Positions 31,498 to 32,000 of a stretch of 32,000 bases of DNA are shown piece by piece (within the stretch, counting starts at the first letter, position 1; each line of letters begins with the position of its first letter). The position numbers were made by a program, and so were the translations under genes. The notes under the pieces are model-generated. The model did no database searches. It was not told where the DNA came from and saw only the letters and a program-made list of their open reading frames with translations. Source of the DNA: Faecalibaculum rodentium (GTDB lineage: Bacteria > Bacillota_I > Bacilli_A > Erysipelotrichales > Erysipelotrichaceae); assembly GCF_001564455.1 (NCBI RefSeq), contig NZ_CP011391.1, positions 2,220,001 through 2,252,000 of the forward strand, written 5' to 3'.

Positions 31498-32000
31498 AGC
31501 TGCTCCAGACTCCAGAGAATGCCCCGGGCGATCCGGCCAGCCGCATCCTGGAAATGATTGCCCTGATCCTGATGCAGCATGCAGACAATGCCCTCCTGCT
31601 CAAACTGCTGCTTCAGTTCCTCCATGCAGTCCCAGGTGGTCTGCAGCACGGGATTTTTCACCCGGGTTTCCTTATTCCCCAGTGACAGCCAGATCGCTGC
31701 GGGCTGTTTCAGGAAGGCATGGGTCTTCATATACTCCGTGAACCCGGGAAACCACACGGAACCCGAGGCGCACACCAGTGCATCATATGCACCCGCAACC
31801 GTGGGGGCAAAGAGAGAAAACAATCCTCCCATGGAATATCCCGCCAGGATCACCTTCGTGCTGCCGGTGAGTGTTCTGGCCCAGTCTGTCGTTTCGGCCA
31901 CGGTTTTCGCAAAGACCGGTCCCTGTCCGGTAAAATGGTCATCTTTCATCACCACCGGATCGTGAGCCCAGGGCGACAGATCCTCGTCCCATTCCAGATC
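31494..32000 (-). CDS. alpha/beta-hydrolase (putative esterase family), 3' part; gene start beyond window end
   Basis: The frame stays open upstream of the track's GTG start to position 32000 (DLEWDEDLSPWAHDPVVMKDD...). The GYSMGG nucleophile elbow is present. ATGA overlap with the patatin gene. Confidence 0.7.
   Translation of the reverse strand, partial: DLEWDEDLSPWAHDPVVMKDDHFTGQGPVFAKTVAETTDWARTLTGSTKVILAGYSMGGLFSLFAPTVAGAYDALVCASGSVWFPGFTEYMKTHAFLKQPAAIWLSLGNKETRVKNPVLQTTWDCMEELKQQFEQEGIVCMLHQDQGNHFQDAAGRIARGILWSLEQL

Overview
32-kb chromosomal window from a Bacillota-type genome. The backbone (about 11.6-32 kb) is visibly GC-rich. It carries housekeeping genes in Bacillus-like order: Cof-type HAD hydrolase plus a CxxC lipoprotein, glycerate kinase, coaBC-coaX, a histidine phosphatase, nth, a dnaD-like gene, a TseB/YpmB-like gene and YihY. 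These are followed by mtnN and the ribosome-maturation cluster yqeG-yqeH-yhbY-nadD::yqeK(fused)-rsfS-methyltransferase, then a patatin-like lipase and an esterase. The left third (about 0.44-11.6 kb) is a lower-GC accessory island with four parts. (i) A truncated, frameshifted Rpn-like remnant bracketed by 28-bp direct repeats. (ii) A very AT-rich two-gene cassette of unknown function. (iii) A complete six-gene sortase-B pilus operon in the gene order of the streptococcal FCT-3 region. It includes a catalytically dead signal-peptidase homolog and an extra DivIVA-motif micro-protein. (iv) A catalytically dead serine-recombinase homolog, a possible transposase scrap and a frameshifted XRE regulator. 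Other accessory elements in the backbone are a group IIC intron inserted just after the yihY terminator, an intact Phd antitoxin next to a decayed Doc toxin, a 116-bp repeat pair, an intact Rpn-family gene, and a small HesB-like CC-motif protein with a Cys/His-rich tail. No rRNA, tRNA or CRISPR array was seen. Many long ORFs in the track are antisense artefacts of GC-rich genes. The track also counts GTG/TTG starts, so several starts were re-picked from Shine-Dalgarno context. All family assignments come from motif recognition by eye, not from searches.
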